A stretch of DNA of 64,000 nt from Squalus acanthias (lineage: Eukaryota). The position numbers and the translations under genes are program-made. Shown one piece after another: positions 62,317 to 64,000 of this stretch; the first letter of the stretch is position 1, and the number at the start of each line of letters is the position of its first letter. The stretch is from positions 11,472,001-11,536,000 of the forward strand of contig CM059433.1 in assembly GCA_030390025.1 (NCBI GenBank). The letters run 5' to 3'. The notes beneath the pieces were generated by a model. The model was not told the origin of the DNA, searched no databases, and saw only the letters and a program-made list of their open reading frames with translations.

Positions 62317-63321
62317 ATTAACTCTGTTTCTCTCTCCACAGATGCTGCCTGACCTGCTGAGTGTTTCCAACATTTTCTGGGTTTTTTTCAGATTTACAGC
62401 ATCCGCAGTATTTTGCTTTTGTAGTGCATTATGTATGCCTGACTTTAATGGTATTAAATGGCCTGTTAATGAACTATTGAAACAACCTAGTCATATAATC
62501 CCACCAAAAATCGTAGTTCTGTGATTTTAAGTGAAGGTAAGGGGACATCGCCTCTTCTGTTTCTTCACCCAGCAAGTGAACAATTGGCCCTCCGGTAGAG
62601 TGCTTTACTTGAATCTGATACCCAAAACACAGCTGTGCACTAATGACTAAATCTTCCCAATGTGCCTCCAAGCCACACCTGCCAATCACTGAATGCTGCC
62701 CAGTGAAGTTTACAATCAGCCGGAACAGTGAAGGGAGCTCACCCATCACACAGCCGCAGGCCAAAGGAATCTTCAGCATTCAAACAGGAAGATAGCAAAG
62801 CACACCTATATCAATTGCTCAGGATACTTTCTTATAAGACAGGGTCTACGAAAGGCGGCTGTTCCTGATTGTTAAGCAGTTTGATTGACGCTTCACCCCT
62901 TGTCTTGGTGCGGTGGTGGTCACTGATCGTAAGGGTATGATCGAGAATCACATACTGCAGTGTCCGCCGCCACAGAAAAGCCAGTTGTGAGTGGAACCTG
63001 TTCAATCATTTCAATCCAGAATTGGATTCTGTTTGTGTCAGACCAGACTATATGTGGGGGGGAAGGCACTTCATCATTATTACACTTTGGGCTCACAAGA
63101 ACCTCTGGTGAAATAATTTATTCAGAATTTTAGGAACATTACATTCTGTGTGTAATTTTGAATTGAATCTCTGTTCTGGTTGCATACTGAAATTGAATTT
63201 CATTGCAACCAAAAGCTGACTATTGTACCTTTTTCCTCATTTTTTTTTTTTAACTGAGAAGGTACCCAAGGATATACAAAACAACATGCTTTAAAATAGC
63301 TGAGAATTAGGAGAGCCACAG

Positions 63322-63616
63322 ATCCTGAGATGAAGGGGTTGTCTTATGAAGAAAGGTTGAGCAGGTTGGGCCTATACTCATTGGAGTTTAGAAGAATGAG
63401 AGGTGATCTTATTGAAACATATAAGATTCTGAGGGGGCTTGACAGGGTAGATGCAGAGAGGATGCTTCCCCTCGTGGGGGAATCTAGAACTAGGGGGCAT
63501 AGTTTCAGGATAAGGGGGCGCCCATTTAAAACGGAGATGAGGAGGAATTTCTTCTCTCTGAGGGTCGTGAATCTTTGGAATTCTCTACCCCAGAGAGCTG
63601 TGGAGACGGAGTCATT
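63322..63616 (+). mobile_element. CR1 fragment
   Basis: MKGLSYEERLSRLGLYSLEFRRMRGDLIETYK. Confidence 0.93.
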
Positions 63617-64000
63617 GGCCCAGAAATTAAACAGTGAGGGTTCCCGCGGGGGTAAGGAATCCCCGCAATATCGCACTCCGCGCCTACCTTTTTGCTCCGG
63701 GCCCACACGAACTTTAGTCTGAAAGGCTCTCTCTCTTGGAACCGTGCAGTGCTTGCGTGACCCAGAGACGCAATTAGTTCGTGCGAGCTCTGGGATCACG
63801 TGATTCAGTTAGAGCCAATGGCAGCACACCATCTTTCATTCATAGTTTTGACAGGAAGACCTGTCAAAGCTATGAATACTATACCCCCCCAAAAGAACAG
63901 CTAAACCTCAATTAAATTAAAAAAAGCCATCACATTAATAAAATAACTATAGTTAAATAAATTAACCACTTTAAACAAAAAATAAAATTTTTGAAAAAAT
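63617..64000. mobile_element. Left end of a probable Harbinger-type element running off the window
   Basis: ATT|GGCCCAGAAATT start that interrupts the CR1; internal TTTGACAGG..CCTGTCAAA hairpin. Confidence 0.6.

Larger units (their letters stand above)
58690..62420 (+). mobile_element. Penelope-like element 3' portion (GIY-YIG ORF to 59018), interrupted by CR1 and a MITE
   Basis: FTCTSCNLVYCIRC..CGLLYIGETKRRLGDRFAEH..QPSGLN; 3' region resumes at ~61220 and 62317. Confidence 0.9.

Overview
Vertebrate genomic DNA, almost certainly a shark or other chondrichthyan, judged from the repeat families (CR1 LINEs with (TTCTTATG)n tails, Deu-domain SacSINE1-like SINEs, an LF-SINE-like copy). Most of the window is nested transposable elements: many CR1 fragments (one with a ~640-aa uninterrupted RT ORF), a second poly(A)-tailed APE+RT LINE family (two near-full-length copies), L2, RTE, Penelope-like elements with GIY-YIG ORFs and minimal hammerhead ribozyme motifs, decayed PIF/Harbinger elements (HARBI1-like DDE plus spliced Myb/SANT-like gene) with several MITE families, and a solo LTR carrying a perfect 40-bp tandem array. 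No host gene is securely identifiable. A few short phase-compatible candidate exons on + could encode a signal-peptide/TM N-terminus, at low confidence. The most notable observations are an intact-looking hammerhead motif, a MITE inserted exactly at a hammerhead cleavage triplet, a single-ORF LINE with a tRNA-like B-box head and a shared EN active-site substitution, an invariant internal hairpin plus splice donor in a Harbinger MITE family, and a local inverted duplication that spans a TE junction. Boundaries were read by eye and are approximate unless TIRs or TSDs are quoted. Family names rest on motif recognition, not on database searches.
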